From: an uncultured Oscillospiraceae bacterium
Lineage (GTDB): Bacteria > Bacillota > Clostridia > Oscillospirales > Oscillospiraceae
Length of the DNA stretch: 64,000 nucleotides
Assembly (NCBI GenBank): GCA_934597255.1
Contig: CAKTQV010000005.1
Coordinates: 55,712 to 119,711, forward strand
Direction of reading: 5' to 3'
The notes under the pieces were generated by a model. It saw only the letters and a program-made list of their open reading frames with translations, was not told the DNA's origin and searched no databases. Shown piece after piece: positions 53,573 to 64,000 of this stretch (position 1 is its first letter; each line of letters starts with the position of its first letter). A program made the position numbers and the translations under genes.

Positions 53573-54898
53573 TCACGCCTTCTCCGGCTTTTTTCCCAGC
53601 GCCCGGTATACCGTGAGCATCATGGTCGCAAAGCAGGCGACGGAGCCGAGATAGTCGCTCAACGGCTCGGCCAGGTATACGCCCGTAACGCCCAGGACCC
53701 GCGGCAGCAGCAGCGTGGCCGGGACGACGATGAACGCCTTGCGCAGAAGGGAAAAGAACACGGCCTGCTTTGATTTGCCGAGCGCCGTGAACGTATTCTG
53801 GCCGACAAACTGCAGCCCCATGATCCAGAAACCGCTCATATAAAGCCGCATGGCGTGCCGCCCGGCCGAAAGGAGCGTTTCGTCGGACGTGTAGATGCGG
53901 AAAAGCAGCGCCGGGCACAGCTCGGCCAGCAGGCACATGGCCGTGCAGTAGCCGATGGTGATCCAGAAGACGAAGCGGATGCCGGCGCGCACGCGCTCAT
54001 ACAGCCCCGCGCCGTAATTGTAGCCGAACACCGGCTGACACCCCTGCGTGATGCCGCGCGGCACCATCATGAATATGTCGTGCAGGCTCATCAGAACCGT
54101 CATCACGCCGACGCTCACGTCGCCGCCCCACGCCAGCAGAACGCGGTTCGTGACCAGCTCGACCAGCGAATTGGTCACGCCGAACACGAAGCTGGCCGAG
54201 CCGAGCCCCAGGATGCGCCGCACCACCGGCCAGCGCAGCCGCATGGCCGAAAGCTCCAGCCGGACGGCGATCCGCCGCCCGCGCAGAAACAGCAGCACCC
54301 ACACGGTGGAGGCCGCCTGCGAAATAACGGTCGCCACGGCCGCGCCGCGCACGCCCATATCGAGCGCGTAGATGAACAGCGGGTCGAGCGCGATGTTCAG
54401 CACCGCGCCGAGCGCCACCGTGAGCAGGCCCGTCCGGGCAAAGCCCTGGGCGTTTATGTGATAGTTCATGCCGGAGGCGATCATTACGAACTCCGTCCCC
54501 AGCAGGTATATGACCAGATAGTCCCGCGCATAGGGCAGCGTCTGCTCCGAGGCGCCGAAAAACAGCAGCAGCGGGTCGAGAAAGCACAGAAACAGCGCCG
54601 GCACGGCCAGCCCCGCGATCAGCAGCATGGCAAAGGAGCTGCCCACTACGCCCTTCGCGCTCTCGTCGTCATGGCAGCCGCGGGCGATGGACACCAGCGG
54701 CGCGCCGCCCTGGCCGCACAGGTTCGTAAAGGCCGTGACAAGGCTGATGACCGGCAGGCACACGCCCAGCCCCGTGAGCGCGAGCGCGCCGGTTCCAGGG
54801 ATATGGCCGATGTAGACGCGGTCGACCAGATTGTACAGCAGATTGACGATCTGCGCCAGGCAGGTCGGTATGCCCATGCGCAGGACGTTCGCGCTCAT
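53573..54898 (-). CDS. MATE-family efflux transporter
   Basis: 12-TM protein with MATE N-terminus MGIPTCLAQIVNLLYNLVDRVYIGH. Confidence 0.8.
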   Translation of the reverse strand: MSANVLRMGIPTCLAQIVNLLYNLVDRVYIGHIPGTGALALTGLGVCLPVISLVTAFTNLCGQGGAPLVSIARGCHDDESAKGVVGSSFAMLLIAGLAVPALFLCFLDPLLLFFGASEQTLPYARDYLVIYLLGTEFVMIASGMNYHINAQGFARTGLLTVALGAVLNIALDPLFIYALDMGVRGAAVATVISQAASTVWVLLFLRGRRIAVRLELSAMRLRWPVVRRILGLGSASFVFGVTNSLVELVTNRVLLAWGGDVSVGVMTVLMSLHDIFMMVPRGITQGCQPVFGYNYGAGLYERVRAGIRFVFWITIGYCTAMCLLAELCPALLFRIYTSDETLLSAGRHAMRLYMSGFWIMGLQFVGQNTFTALGKSKQAVFFSLLRKAFIVVPATLLLPRVLGVTGVYLAEPLSDYLGSVACFATMMLTVYRALGKKPEKA

Positions 54899-54942
54899 CT
54901 TCCCCCGGGAAAAATCGTTTTGTATCGCAGTCTGAGCCGTTT

Positions 54943-56913
54943 TTATTTCTCTCCTCTCAGCTTTACGAGCCGGTCGCGGATGACGGCGGCGTACTCGAAT
55001 TCCAGCATCTTCGCAGCCTTGCGCATCTCCTTTTCCAGCCGCTCGATCTCCTGCTCCCGCTCGCGGCGCGTGAGCTTGCGGCCCTCCTCCGTGTAGGCCA
55101 CGGCCTCCGCCGCGCTCTGGGATATGTCGATAAGATCGCGCACGGACTTGACGATGGTCTTCGGCGTGATGCCGTGCGCCTCGTTATAGGCCTGCTGCTT
55201 GGCGCGGCGGCGTTCCGTCTCGTCGATGGCGGCGCGCATGGACGGCGTGACCGTGTCGGCGTAGAGGATAACGAAGCCCTCGGCGTTGCGCGCGGCGCGC
55301 CCGATGGTCTGGATCAGACTCGTCTCCGAGCGCAGGAAGCCCTCCTTGTCCGCGTCCAGGATCGCCACGAGCGACACCTCCGGCAGATCCAGCCCCTCGC
55401 GCAGCAGGTTGATCCCGATCAGGCAGTCGAACTCGCCCAGCCGCATGTCGCGGATGATCTCCATGCGCTCCAGCGCGGCGATGTTGTGGTGCATATAGCG
55501 GCATTTGATGCCCGCGCCCGACAGATACGCGCTCAGATCCTCGGCCATCTTGACCGTCAGCGTCGTCACGAGCGCCCGCTGTCCCTTCGCCACGCGCAGA
55601 TTGATCTCCGAGATCAGATCGTCGATCTGGCCCTCGATAGGCCGCACCTCGACCTTCGGGTCAAGCAGCCCGGTCGGGCGGATGACCTGCTCGGCGATCT
55701 GGCCGGCGCGGCTGCGCTCATATTCGCCGGGCGTCGCGGAGACGTAGACCGCCTGGCCGATGCGCTGCTGAAATTCGTCGAACTTCAGCGGCCGGTTGTC
55801 GAAGGCGGAGGGCAGGCGAAAGCCGTATTCCACAAGCGTCTCCTTGCGGCTGCGGTCGCCGTGGTACATCGCGCGCACCTGCGGCAGCGTCACATGGCTC
55901 TCGTCCACGAACAGGATAAAGTCCTTCGGGAAATAATCCAGCAGCGTCATCGGCGGCGAGCCGGGCGCGCGCGCGGAAATGACGCGCGAATAGTTCTCGA
56001 TGCCGGAGCAGTAGCCCAGCTCCTGCATCATCTCTATGTCGTACTCCGTGCGCTGGCGGATGCGCTGCGCCTCGAGAAGCTTGCCGTTTTGCTCAAAATA
56101 CGCCACGCGCTGCTCCAGCTCGGCGCGGATGTCCTCAATGGCGCGCGCCATTTTCTCCTTGGTCGTGACATAGTGGCTGGCCGGATAGATCGCCGCGTGC
56201 TGCAATATGCGCGCGGGCATCCCCGTGACGACGTTTATCTCCGAGATGCGCTCGATCTCGTCGCCGAAAAACTCCACGCGGATGGCCCGGTCCTGCGAAT
56301 AGACGGGGAATATCTCCACCGTGTCGCCGCGCACGCGGAATTTGTTTCGCTCAAAGGCGATGTCGTTGCGCTCGTAGCGGATATCCACCAGCTTGCGCGC
56401 CAGCTCCTCCACGCTTTTGTTCATCCCCGGGCGCAGCGAAATGACCAGATTGGCATAGTCGATCGGGTCGCCCAGCCCATAAATGCAGCTGACGGACGAG
56501 ACGATGACGACGTCCCGCCGCTCAAACAGCGCACTGGTGGCGCTGTGGCGCAGGCGGTCGATCTCGTCGTTGATGCTCGCGTCCTTTTCGATGAACGAAT
56601 CCGTGTGCGGGATATACGCCTCGGGCTGATAATAGTCGTAGTACGAGACGAAATATTCCACGGCATTGTCCGGGAAAAACTCCTTGAATTCGCTGCACAG
56701 CTGCGCGGCTAGGGTCTTGTTGTGCGCCAGCACCAGCGCCGGGCGGTTCATCCGCTCGATGACCTTGGCCATCGTGTAGGTCTTGCCCGAGCCGGTCACA
56801 CCCAGGAGCACCTGCTCGTCGATGCCGGCCTCCAGCCCGCGCACAAGCGTTTCAATGGCCTCCGGCTGATCGCCGGACGGCGTGTATTCCGATACAACAT
56901 GAAAGTCGGGCAT
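54943..56913 (-). CDS. uvrB: Excinuclease ABC subunit B
   Basis: [12 protein letters not shown] Walker A. UvrB beta-hairpin region. C-terminal UVR domain ([18 protein letters not shown]). Confidence 0.95.
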   Translation of the reverse strand: MPDFHVVSEYTPSGDQPEAIETLVRGLEAGIDEQVLLGVTGSGKTYTMAKVIERMNRPALVLAHNKTLAAQLCSEFKEFFPDNAVEYFVSYYDYYQPEAYIPHTDSFIEKDASINDEIDRLRHSATSALFERRDVVIVSSVSCIYGLGDPIDYANLVISLRPGMNKSVEELARKLVDIRYERNDIAFERNKFRVRGDTVEIFPVYSQDRAIRVEFFGDEIERISEINVVTGMPARILQHAAIYPASHYVTTKEKMARAIEDIRAELEQRVAYFEQNGKLLEAQRIRQRTEYDIEMMQELGYCSGIENYSRVISARAPGSPPMTLLDYFPKDFILFVDESHVTLPQVRAMYHGDRSRKETLVEYGFRLPSAFDNRPLKFDEFQQRIGQAVYVSATPGEYERSRAGQIAEQVIRPTGLLDPKVEVRPIEGQIDDLISEINLRVAKGQRALVTTLTVKMAEDLSAYLSGAGIKCRYMHHNIAALERMEIIRDMRLGEFDCLIGINLLREGLDLPEVSLVAILDADKEGFLRSETSLIQTIGRAARNAEGFVILYADTVTPSMRAAIDETERRRAKQQAYNEAHGITPKTIVKSVRDLIDISQSAAEAVAYTEEGRKLTRREREQEIERLEKEMRKAAKMLEFEYAAVIRDRLVKLRGEK

Positions 56914-56922
56914 ACGTTCTCC

Positions 56923-58107
56923 TCAGTCTGAAAGCGTCACGCCGTCCGGAACGCCGTCCGGCTCGGACGACGCCGGCGCGGCGGCGCGGCCGAAATAATC
57001 GTAATCCTCCGGGCAGGCGGGATAGGCCGCCGTGTCCCACCAGTAGCGGCCCCACATCCCGTCGTCGCCGCGCAGGAAGCTTTCGTCCAGATCGGACAGA
57101 TCGAGATGATAGCTCGCGCCGCCGAAGCTGACGATGTTCCAGAAGTGCCCCTCGTTGTCCAGCCGCCCGGACACGACCTGGCATTCGCCGCCCAGAGCGC
57201 CGCACAGTGCCTGAAACGCCATGGCCAGCCCCTCGGAGTCGGCCCGTCCCGTCACCAGCGCGTCATAAGCGCCGCTGCCGCCGTCCGCCGCGTACTGGCA
57301 GCGGGCCTCAAGCCAGACCGCCGCGTCGTAGATCCGGTCGGCCGTGCCGTCGGATTCGCCGCTGGCCTCGCCGGAGGCGGCCGGCTCGTCCGCGAGAGCC
57401 TCCGCCGCGCTCTGGCACGCGGCGATCATGGCCTGGCGCCGTTCATCCAGCTCCTCGGGAGAAAGGCCGTAATCCAGGCTGATCTCCACGATGCGCTCCA
57501 CGCCGCTGTCGGGATAGAGGCTCACCTCCGCCTCCGGCAGCACCGGCGAAGCCAGCGCGTCGGCGTAATACGCGCGGCGGATGTATTCCTTCACCAGCTC
57601 CGGCGTCAGCGACGCCGCGGTCATCTGCAAAACGAGATAATGCTCGCCGCCGCTCAGCGCCTCGTCCAGCCGCCGCAGAAACGACGACAGCCCGCCAAGC
57701 TGCTCCAGCTCCTGCACCTGCTCGGCGCTGCGCTTGTAGGTTATGTAGATGTCGGCCTGATAAAAGCTGACGATGCGCGACAGGTCAAAGCTGGTGTAAT
57801 CAACGGCGAACGCGCCGAGCGGCGTGCTGCTTTTGACCTCCCAGCACGCCTGCGACAGATCGCGGGATATGTTCCCGTCGTAGTTTTGAAACTGCAGCTC
57901 CGCCGATTCCTGATGCTCCGCGACGAGCCACACGATCGCGCGGCGCAGCGCGGCGTAGTCGGAGATGTAACCCACGCCGTCGTCGCTGCCCTCCTCGGGC
58001 TCGGCGGAATACTCCGTCAGCTCGTACACGGAGCGGTCGAATATGCTGCACGCGGCGCAGCCGAACAGCACCGCCGCCGCCAGCAGCGCGCCAAGAAGCC
58101 TTTTCAT
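56923..58107 (-). CDS. Lipoprotein with C-terminal transglutaminase-like-superfamily domain (possibly inactive)
   Basis: Start trimmed to MKRLLGALLAAAVLFGCAAC (lipobox). C-terminal EGLAMAFQALCGALGGECQVVSGRLDNEGHFWNIV resembles the transglutaminase-like core. Confidence 0.5.
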   Translation of the reverse strand: MKRLLGALLAAAVLFGCAACSIFDRSVYELTEYSAEPEEGSDDGVGYISDYAALRRAIVWLVAEHQESAELQFQNYDGNISRDLSQACWEVKSSTPLGAFAVDYTSFDLSRIVSFYQADIYITYKRSAEQVQELEQLGGLSSFLRRLDEALSGGEHYLVLQMTAASLTPELVKEYIRRAYYADALASPVLPEAEVSLYPDSGVERIVEISLDYGLSPEELDERRQAMIAACQSAAEALADEPAASGEASGESDGTADRIYDAAVWLEARCQYAADGGSGAYDALVTGRADSEGLAMAFQALCGALGGECQVVSGRLDNEGHFWNIVSFGGASYHLDLSDLDESFLRGDDGMWGRYWWDTAAYPACPEDYDYFGRAAAPASSEPDGVPDGVTLSD

Positions 58108-58120
58108 GCCCGCCGCCCCA

Positions 58121-58714
58121 TCAATAGCCGAGCGGCTCGTCCGAAACGACAAGCTCCATCTCATCGGCCCAGAAGGGCTTCTGCCACAGCACCAGCAGCG
58201 CCGAGCATATCCGCTCCGGGCTGGCGCAGTCATAGCAGCGCCCGGCCGCGGCGCAGGGCGTTTTGCAGCCGAGACGCGCGCTGTTTTTCGGCGCGGCCAC
58301 GTTCCGCGCCCGTTCGATCGCCGCCTCCAGCGTGGACACGATCTTGTTCGCGCCGACCAGGAAGAACACCTTTTCCTTCTTCATCAGCGTTCCGGCCAGC
58401 CGGTTGCCGCGGCCGTCGATGTTGACGATGCAGCCGTCCTCCGACACCGCGTTGGCGCTCGTGATGTACACCGGCGCCCCGCACGCGGCCAGCATGACCT
58501 CGTCGGTCTTGTCCAGCAGATGCCAGTACACGCGGCTGCGGTCCTTCAGCATCTCATAAAGCCCCGTTTCGCCGACGCTCATGCTGCCGCCGATGCCGAC
58601 CGTCCGTCCCGCGAGCTGATCGGCGATGTGGCGCGCGGCGGCCTCGCCGGTCGGAAAGCGCGAGACGGTGTAGCCCTTGCGGACAAAGCTTTTTTCCAGT
58701 TTTTCAAAATCCAT
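58121..58714 (-). CDS. LUD-domain protein (LutC/YkgG-like)
   Basis: MDFEKLEKSFVRKGYTVSRF...GIGGSMSVGETGLYEMLKD, the LUD/DUF162 pattern. AAGGAGG RBS 7 nt upstream. Confidence 0.6.
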   Translation of the reverse strand: MDFEKLEKSFVRKGYTVSRFPTGEAAARHIADQLAGRTVGIGGSMSVGETGLYEMLKDRSRVYWHLLDKTDEVMLAACGAPVYITSANAVSEDGCIVNIDGRGNRLAGTLMKKEKVFFLVGANKIVSTLEAAIERARNVAAPKNSARLGCKTPCAAAGRCYDCASPERICSALLVLWQKPFWADEMELVVSDEPLGY

Positions 58715-58727
58715 GACGCGGCCTCCT

Positions 58728-59597
58728 TCAATCCTGGCTGGCAATGCTGGAGAAATTCTTGCCGAATATCTCATGGGAGCTCGTAACGATAACGAACGAA
58801 CGCTCGTCGATGCGGTAGATGATCTTCTTGAGCTGGGCGATCTGGCGCTGCTTGATGACGCACAGGACCACAAAGCGCTCCTCCCCGGTGTAGGCGCCCT
58901 CCGCCTTGAGCAGCGTCGCCCCGCGGTGCAGCATCTCGCCGACGGCCTCGGCGATCTCGCGCGGCCGGATCGTGATGATGTAGCACACCGACGAGTTCAT
59001 CGCCCCGTAGAGCACGAGATTGACGATGCGGGAGCTGACGAACATGGTGATGACGGTGTACATCGCGGCGTCAAATTTCTGCACGGACAGCGCATAGCAC
59101 AAAACGACGGCGGCGTCCAGCGCGAGCGACAGCGTTCCGAAGTTGATGTAGGGGTAGCGCCGGCGCAGCATACGCGCGCCGATGTCCGCGCCGCCGGTCG
59201 TCCCGCCGGTGCGGTACACGAGCCCCAGCCCGAAGCCCTTTATCAGCCCGCCGTATACCGCCGCCAGCAGCAGATCGTGCGTCAGGCAGATATCCAGCAT
59301 ATTGAACAGGTCGATGAACGCGCTGCTGGAAAGCAGCCCCAGCAGCGACGCGAGGATGAACTTCACGCCGAACATCCGCCAGGCGAACACGAACAGCGGA
59401 ACGTTCAAAACCACGCCGACCAGACCGACCGGCCAGCCCGTGAAGTGGTTGACGATCTGCGCCATGCCGGTCACGCCGCCGGCCACGATGGAGTTGGGGA
59501 AGGTGATAAAGGAAAAGCCGATCCCGTTGATGGCCGTGCCGAGGAGGATGATCAGCGCCGAGCGCGCATCCTCGCGTGTGATCGTCAGCTTCTTCAT
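58728..59597 (-). CDS. YitT-family membrane protein (DUF161 + DUF2179)
   Basis: N-terminal ILLGTAINGIGFSFITFPNSIVAGGVTGMAQI, typical of YitT. C-terminal soluble DUF2179-like domain. Confidence 0.7.
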   Translation of the reverse strand: MKKLTITREDARSALIILLGTAINGIGFSFITFPNSIVAGGVTGMAQIVNHFTGWPVGLVGVVLNVPLFVFAWRMFGVKFILASLLGLLSSSAFIDLFNMLDICLTHDLLLAAVYGGLIKGFGLGLVYRTGGTTGGADIGARMLRRRYPYINFGTLSLALDAAVVLCYALSVQKFDAAMYTVITMFVSSRIVNLVLYGAMNSSVCYIITIRPREIAEAVGEMLHRGATLLKAEGAYTGEERFVVLCVIKQRQIAQLKKIIYRIDERSFVIVTSSHEIFGKNFSSIASQD

Positions 59598-59626
59598 GCC
59601 GAGACCTCCTTATATCGCAGCCGCCG

Positions 59627-61861
59627 TCAGAGCAGGCTGAGCTGTTCCTCGCCGCGATCGGCGTCGGTGAGCTTCGCGCCGGCGGCCGGCAGGCTGCGGA
59701 CGCGGTAGCGCGCGGGGTTGGCCACGGCGGTCTCCGATAAAAACCGCGCGGCCGTGAGCGGGTATTTTTTCAGCGTCATGACCTGCACGCCCTGCGTGGT
59801 GCGGGTCGGCTTGGGCGCGAGCAGCGCGCTTGAGAAGATCACGCAGCGGCCCTCCGCCGATTCCGCGGCGATCTCCGCGTCGGCGCCGAGCGGCAGGAGC
59901 GCCGCGAGCGGGCTTTTGTCGCTGTACGCGCCGGTGAGCCGGCGGCGGTTCGTTTTCGTGGCATAGGCCGACACCGGGATGCGCGCGCACTTGCCGTTTG
60001 CGAAAAACAGCAGCAGCGAGCCGCTCCAGTCGCCCGGCAGCACCACGGAAAACACGCTCTCGCCCTCGTCCATGCCCAGCTTCGCGGGCAGATAGTCGCC
60101 CAGCACGCTGGCCTTCGCGTCGGCAAAGTCGCTCACGCGCGCCTTATACACCTGCTGGCGGTCCGTGAAGACAAGCAGCTCCGCGGCGTTGGTGGTCTGG
60201 AAATACTGGCCGGGGCCGTCGTCCTCCTTGTATTTCTGCTCGGCGGACATACGCAGGGACTGGGGCGTGATCTTTTTGAAATACCCGTGGCGGGAGATGA
60301 ACAGATGCACCGGGTAATCCTCCACGCCGTCGTCCTCCTCATAGGTCTCCACCTCGTCGGAATAGACGATGGCCGTGCGGCGCGGGGACGGGAATTTGCG
60401 CAGCACCTGCTTCAGCTCGTCCGTGATAATGGCCCGGACGCGCTTTTTGGAGCGCAGAATGTCCTCCAGATCCTCGATCTGCCTGGCCAGCTCGTCCGTT
60501 TCGGCCACGCGTTTGAGAATGTATTCGCGGTTTATATTGCGCAGCCGTATCTCCGCGACAAACTCCGCCTGCGTCTCGTCGATGCCGAAGCCGATCATCA
60601 GATTCGGCACCACATCCGCCTCGCTCTCCGTCTCGCGGATGATGGCGATGGCGCGGTCGATATCGAGCAGGATCTTCTTCAGACCCTCGAGCAGATGAAG
60701 CTTCTCCTGCTTGCGGCTCAGTTCATAGTATGTGCGGCGGTGGACGCATTCCATGCGCCAGGCGCACCATTCGTCCAGTATCTCGCGCACGCCCATGACG
60801 CGCGGCGAGCCGGCGATGAGGATGTTGAAGTTGCAGGGGAAGTTCTCCTGCAGCGGCGTCATTTTGAACAGCTTGGCCATGAGCTTGTCCGGCTCCGTGC
60901 CGCGCTTGACGTCGATGGCGATCTTCAGGCCGCCGAGATCCGTCTCGTCGCGCATATCGGATATCTCGCGCAGCTTTCCGTCCTTGATGAGCTCGCGGCA
61001 CTTGTCGATGATGGCCTCGGTCGTGGTCGTGTAGGGGATCTCATAGACCTCGATGATGTGCTCCTTCTCCGCGTAGCGCCAGCGCGCGCGCACCGGGAAC
61101 GAGCCGCGGCCCGTGCGGTATATCTCCGCCATGCGGCTCGGGTCGTACACGATCTCGCCGCCGGTAGGGAAGTCCGGCGACGGCAGCGTGGCCATGAGAT
61201 CGCAGTCGGGATCGCGGAGAAATTCGATGGCCGTGCGGCACACCTCGCCGAGATTGAAGCCGCATATCTGGCTGGCCATACCGACGGCGATGCCCAGATT
61301 CGACGAGACGAGCACGTTCGGGAACGTCGTGGGCAGAAGCGTCGGCTCGGTGGTGGAGTTGTCGTAGTTCGGGACAAAATCAACGGTGTCCTTGTCGATG
61401 TCGCGGAACAGCTCCGCGCAGATGGGCGCGAGCTTGGCCTCGGTGTAGCGGCTGGCGGCATAGGCCATGTTGCGCGAATAGACCTTGCCGAAGTTTCCCT
61501 TGGAGTCGATGAACGGCGCAAGCAGCGATTCGTTGCCGCTGGACAGACGCACCATGGTGTCGTAGATGGCGGCGTCGCCGTGGGGGTTATAGTGCATGGT
61601 CGCGCCGACGATGTTGGCCGATTTCGTGCGCGCGCCGGACAGGAGCCCCATCTTGTACATGCAGTACAGAAGCTTGCGGTGGCTGGGCTTGAAGCCGTCG
61701 ATCTCCGGGATGGCGCGCGAGACGATGACCGACATGGCGTAGGGCATGTAGTTCGTCTCCAGCGTTTCGGTGATCGGCTGCTCCACGGTCTGGCCGCGCA
61801 GGCCCATGACGTTCGGGTCGCCGCGGCGCGGCGCCGCGGACTGTTCCTTCTTTTTAGCCAT
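59627..61861 (-). CDS. parC: Type IIA DNA topoisomerase subunit A (ParC/GyrA-like, divergent)
   Basis: AIPEIDGFKPSHRKLLYCMYKMGL, HPHGD-type motif YNPHGDAAIYDTMVRL, and active-site Tyr context AASRYTEAKL. 744 aa (short C-terminal domain, topo IV-like). GGAG RBS. Confidence 0.7.
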   Translation of the reverse strand: MAKKKEQSAAPRRGDPNVMGLRGQTVEQPITETLETNYMPYAMSVIVSRAIPEIDGFKPSHRKLLYCMYKMGLLSGARTKSANIVGATMHYNPHGDAAIYDTMVRLSSGNESLLAPFIDSKGNFGKVYSRNMAYAASRYTEAKLAPICAELFRDIDKDTVDFVPNYDNSTTEPTLLPTTFPNVLVSSNLGIAVGMASQICGFNLGEVCRTAIEFLRDPDCDLMATLPSPDFPTGGEIVYDPSRMAEIYRTGRGSFPVRARWRYAEKEHIIEVYEIPYTTTTEAIIDKCRELIKDGKLREISDMRDETDLGGLKIAIDVKRGTEPDKLMAKLFKMTPLQENFPCNFNILIAGSPRVMGVREILDEWCAWRMECVHRRTYYELSRKQEKLHLLEGLKKILLDIDRAIAIIRETESEADVVPNLMIGFGIDETQAEFVAEIRLRNINREYILKRVAETDELARQIEDLEDILRSKKRVRAIITDELKQVLRKFPSPRRTAIVYSDEVETYEEDDGVEDYPVHLFISRHGYFKKITPQSLRMSAEQKYKEDDGPGQYFQTTNAAELLVFTDRQQVYKARVSDFADAKASVLGDYLPAKLGMDEGESVFSVVLPGDWSGSLLLFFANGKCARIPVSAYATKTNRRRLTGAYSDKSPLAALLPLGADAEIAAESAEGRCVIFSSALLAPKPTRTTQGVQVMTLKKYPLTAARFLSETAVANPARYRVRSLPAAGAKLTDADRGEEQLSLL

Positions 61862-61875
61862 ATATTACTCCTGTC

Positions 61876-63861
61876 TCACGAAATATCCAGCATATCGAGA
61901 TAGCGTCCGCCCTCGCTGGCGATGTGCGCCTTGCGCCCGGCCAGATCGTCGCCCAGCAGCAGATCGAACATACGGGCGGTCTTTTCCGCCTCCTCCGGCA
62001 TCACGCGGATGAGCCGGCGCGTTTCCGGGTTCATCGTGGTCATCCACATCATGTCCGGGTCGTTCTCGCCAAGACCCTTGGAGCGCTGGACCGTGAATTT
62101 TGCGCCGCCGAACGACTCGACGATATCCGTTTTCTCCCGCTCGTCGTAGGCGAACCAGGTCTTTCCCTTGCAGGTGAGCTCATACAGCGGCGTTTCGGCG
62201 ATGTAAACATAGCCCTCGCGGATGAGCGTCGGCGTCAGGCGCCACAGCATCGTCAGGATCAGCGTCCGTATCTGGTAGCCGTCCACATCGGCGTCCGTGC
62301 AGATGATGACCTTGTTCCAGCGCAGGCTGCCCAGATCGAAGGCGTTGAGATCCTTGCTGGCCTTGTTGTTCACCTCCACGCCGCAGCCGAGCACCTTGAG
62401 AAGATCGGTGATGACGTCGCTTTTGAAAATGCGGGGATAGTCGGCCTTGAGGCAGTTGAGTATCTTCCCGCGCACGGGCATGAGCCCCTGGAACGCCGCG
62501 TTGCGGCTGAGCTGGCAGCTTCCGAGCGCGGAATCGCCCTCGACGATGTATATCTCGCGCTCGTCGGGGTCCTTCGAGCGGCAGTCCACGAATTTTTCCA
62601 CGCGGCTGACCACGTCCATGGAGCCGGTGAGCTTCTTTTTGATGCTCAGGCGCGTGCGCTCGGCCTGCTCGCGCGAGCGCTTGTTCACGAGCACCTGATC
62701 GGCCATGCGGTCGGCCTCAGTCTTGTGCTCGATGCACCAGATCTCCAGCCGCTCCTTGAAAAAGTCGGTCATGGCCTCCTGAATGAAGCGGTTGGTGATC
62801 GCCTTTTTCGTCTGGTTTTCGTAGCTGGTCTGGGTCGAGAAGCAGTTCGTGACGAGCACGAGACAGTCCTGCACGTCCTGAAAGGATATTTTCGACTCGT
62901 TTTTCTGGTATTTCCCGCTTTTTTTGATATAGGCGTCCACGGCGTACACGAAGCCGAGCTTCGCCGCCTTCTCCGGCGCACCGCCGTGCTCGAGCCAGGA
63001 CGAGTTGTGATAATACTCGATGCGCTGCACCTCGCGCGAGAAGCAGAAGCTCGCCGACAGCCGCACCTTGTATTCCGGCTTGTCCGCGCGGTCGCGCCCG
63101 CGCCGCTCCGTTTCAAAAAACACCGGCGTCGTCAGCGGCGTTTCCCCGGCCAGCTCCGTCACATAGTCGAGGATGCCGTTTTCGTAGGCGTATTCCTCCG
63201 TTTCAAAGCCGCGCCCCTGCTGGATGCGCAGCCGGAACGTCACGCCGGCGTTGACCACGGCCTGCCGCCGCAGCGTCTCGCGGAACCAGTCCACGGGGAT
63301 ATCAATATCCGTGAACACCTCGCGGTCCGGCTTCCAGCGGTGGGTCGTGCCCGTCTTTTTGCGGTCGGCCGGCGTTTTTTTCATCTCCCCGACGATCGCG
63401 CCCTTTTCAAAATGCAGATCGTAGCGGAAGCCGTCGCGCCAGACGGTCACGTCCATGTATTCCGACGCGTACTGCGTGGCGCAGGCGCCGAGACCGTTGA
63501 GGCCCAGGGAATACTCGTAGCTCTCCCCCTCGTTGTTTTTATACTTGCCGCCGGCGTACAGCTCACAGTACACCAGCTCCCAGTTGTAGCGCTTTTCGTT
63601 CGCGTTCCAGTCCACCGGGCAGCCGCGGCCGAAATCCTCCACGCCGACGGAGCCGTCCTCATAGCGAGTGATGGTGATCAGATCGCCGTGCCCCTCCCGC
63701 GCCTCGTCGATGGAATTGGAAAGGATCTCAAAAACCGAGTGCTCGCAGCCGTCCAGCCCGTCGGAGCCGAAGATGACGGCCGGGCGCTTGCGGACGCGGT
63801 CGGCTCCCTCAAGCAGGACGATGCTCTCGTTGCTGTACTGTTCTGTCTTACGTTTGGCCAT
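61876..63861 (-). CDS. parE: Type IIA DNA topoisomerase subunit B (ParE/GyrB-like, divergent)
   Basis: GHKL ATPase motifs (EILSNSIDEA, VEDFGRGCPVD). Toprim motifs EGDSALGS and PVRGKILN. Start trimmed to MAKRKTEQ (GAGGAAG RBS 8 nt upstream). Confidence 0.7.
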   Translation of the reverse strand: MAKRKTEQYSNESIVLLEGADRVRKRPAVIFGSDGLDGCEHSVFEILSNSIDEAREGHGDLITITRYEDGSVGVEDFGRGCPVDWNANEKRYNWELVYCELYAGGKYKNNEGESYEYSLGLNGLGACATQYASEYMDVTVWRDGFRYDLHFEKGAIVGEMKKTPADRKKTGTTHRWKPDREVFTDIDIPVDWFRETLRRQAVVNAGVTFRLRIQQGRGFETEEYAYENGILDYVTELAGETPLTTPVFFETERRGRDRADKPEYKVRLSASFCFSREVQRIEYYHNSSWLEHGGAPEKAAKLGFVYAVDAYIKKSGKYQKNESKISFQDVQDCLVLVTNCFSTQTSYENQTKKAITNRFIQEAMTDFFKERLEIWCIEHKTEADRMADQVLVNKRSREQAERTRLSIKKKLTGSMDVVSRVEKFVDCRSKDPDEREIYIVEGDSALGSCQLSRNAAFQGLMPVRGKILNCLKADYPRIFKSDVITDLLKVLGCGVEVNNKASKDLNAFDLGSLRWNKVIICTDADVDGYQIRTLILTMLWRLTPTLIREGYVYIAETPLYELTCKGKTWFAYDEREKTDIVESFGGAKFTVQRSKGLGENDPDMMWMTTMNPETRRLIRVMPEEAEKTARMFDLLLGDDLAGRKAHIASEGGRYLDMLDIS

Positions 63862-64000
63862 GCGGCGATCTTCCTCACGTTTCACGAAATATTGTATGGC
63901 AAAGCCGATACTAACTCAAATATATAGTATACCGTATGCCCCGGCAAATTGCAAGCCGGCGCGCCGGACGCGCCGGCGCATAAAAAGGAGACAGAGCCGG

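Noticed and set aside
52194-53936. 580-aa - strand ORF
   Set aside because: Antisense to the PocR/AraC regulator, which carries a clear HTH.

Overview
High-GC (about 65%) Firmicutes/Clostridia-type chromosomal window carrying core housekeeping genes. These include sdaAB-sdaAA, an RluA-family pseudouridine synthase, pyrR-pyrP with a PyrR attenuator, mutY, trkA-trkH, def, prfB, prs-pth-glgC-glgD-glgP, uvrB and a parE-parC-like topoisomerase pair. They are interspersed with cell-surface genes: two tandem SLH/transglutaminase-like lipoprotein paralogs, two paralogous secreted Gly/Asp-rich proteins, a PrsA foldase and a 5'-nucleotidase lipoprotein. The outstanding feature is an 8-kb AT-rich island (about 28.4-36.5 kb, roughly 38% GC by eye) of about 14 co-directional small ORFs driven by one near-consensus sigma-A promoter. 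It contains a frame-broken, GC-rich RHS/YD-repeat core tip fused to an AT-rich C-terminal toxin module (glycine-zipper segment plus PD-(D/E)xK nuclease-like domain). A HEAT-repeat immunity-like gene is translationally coupled to it. The toxin/immunity pair is embedded in an array of small membrane, lipoprotein and soluble proteins that look like orphan immunity genes of a polymorphic-toxin system. The island lies between def and an arsC-like gene, about 700 bp from tRNA-Leu(CAA). Other supported elements include a CIRCE (HrcA) operator overlapping a consensus promoter for an Hsp20 gene, a leaderless rluA-family gene, duplicated terminator/promoter cassettes upstream of the SLH paralogs, and several rho-independent terminators. 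Many long ORFs on the opposite strand of GC-rich genes are rejected as high-GC artefacts.
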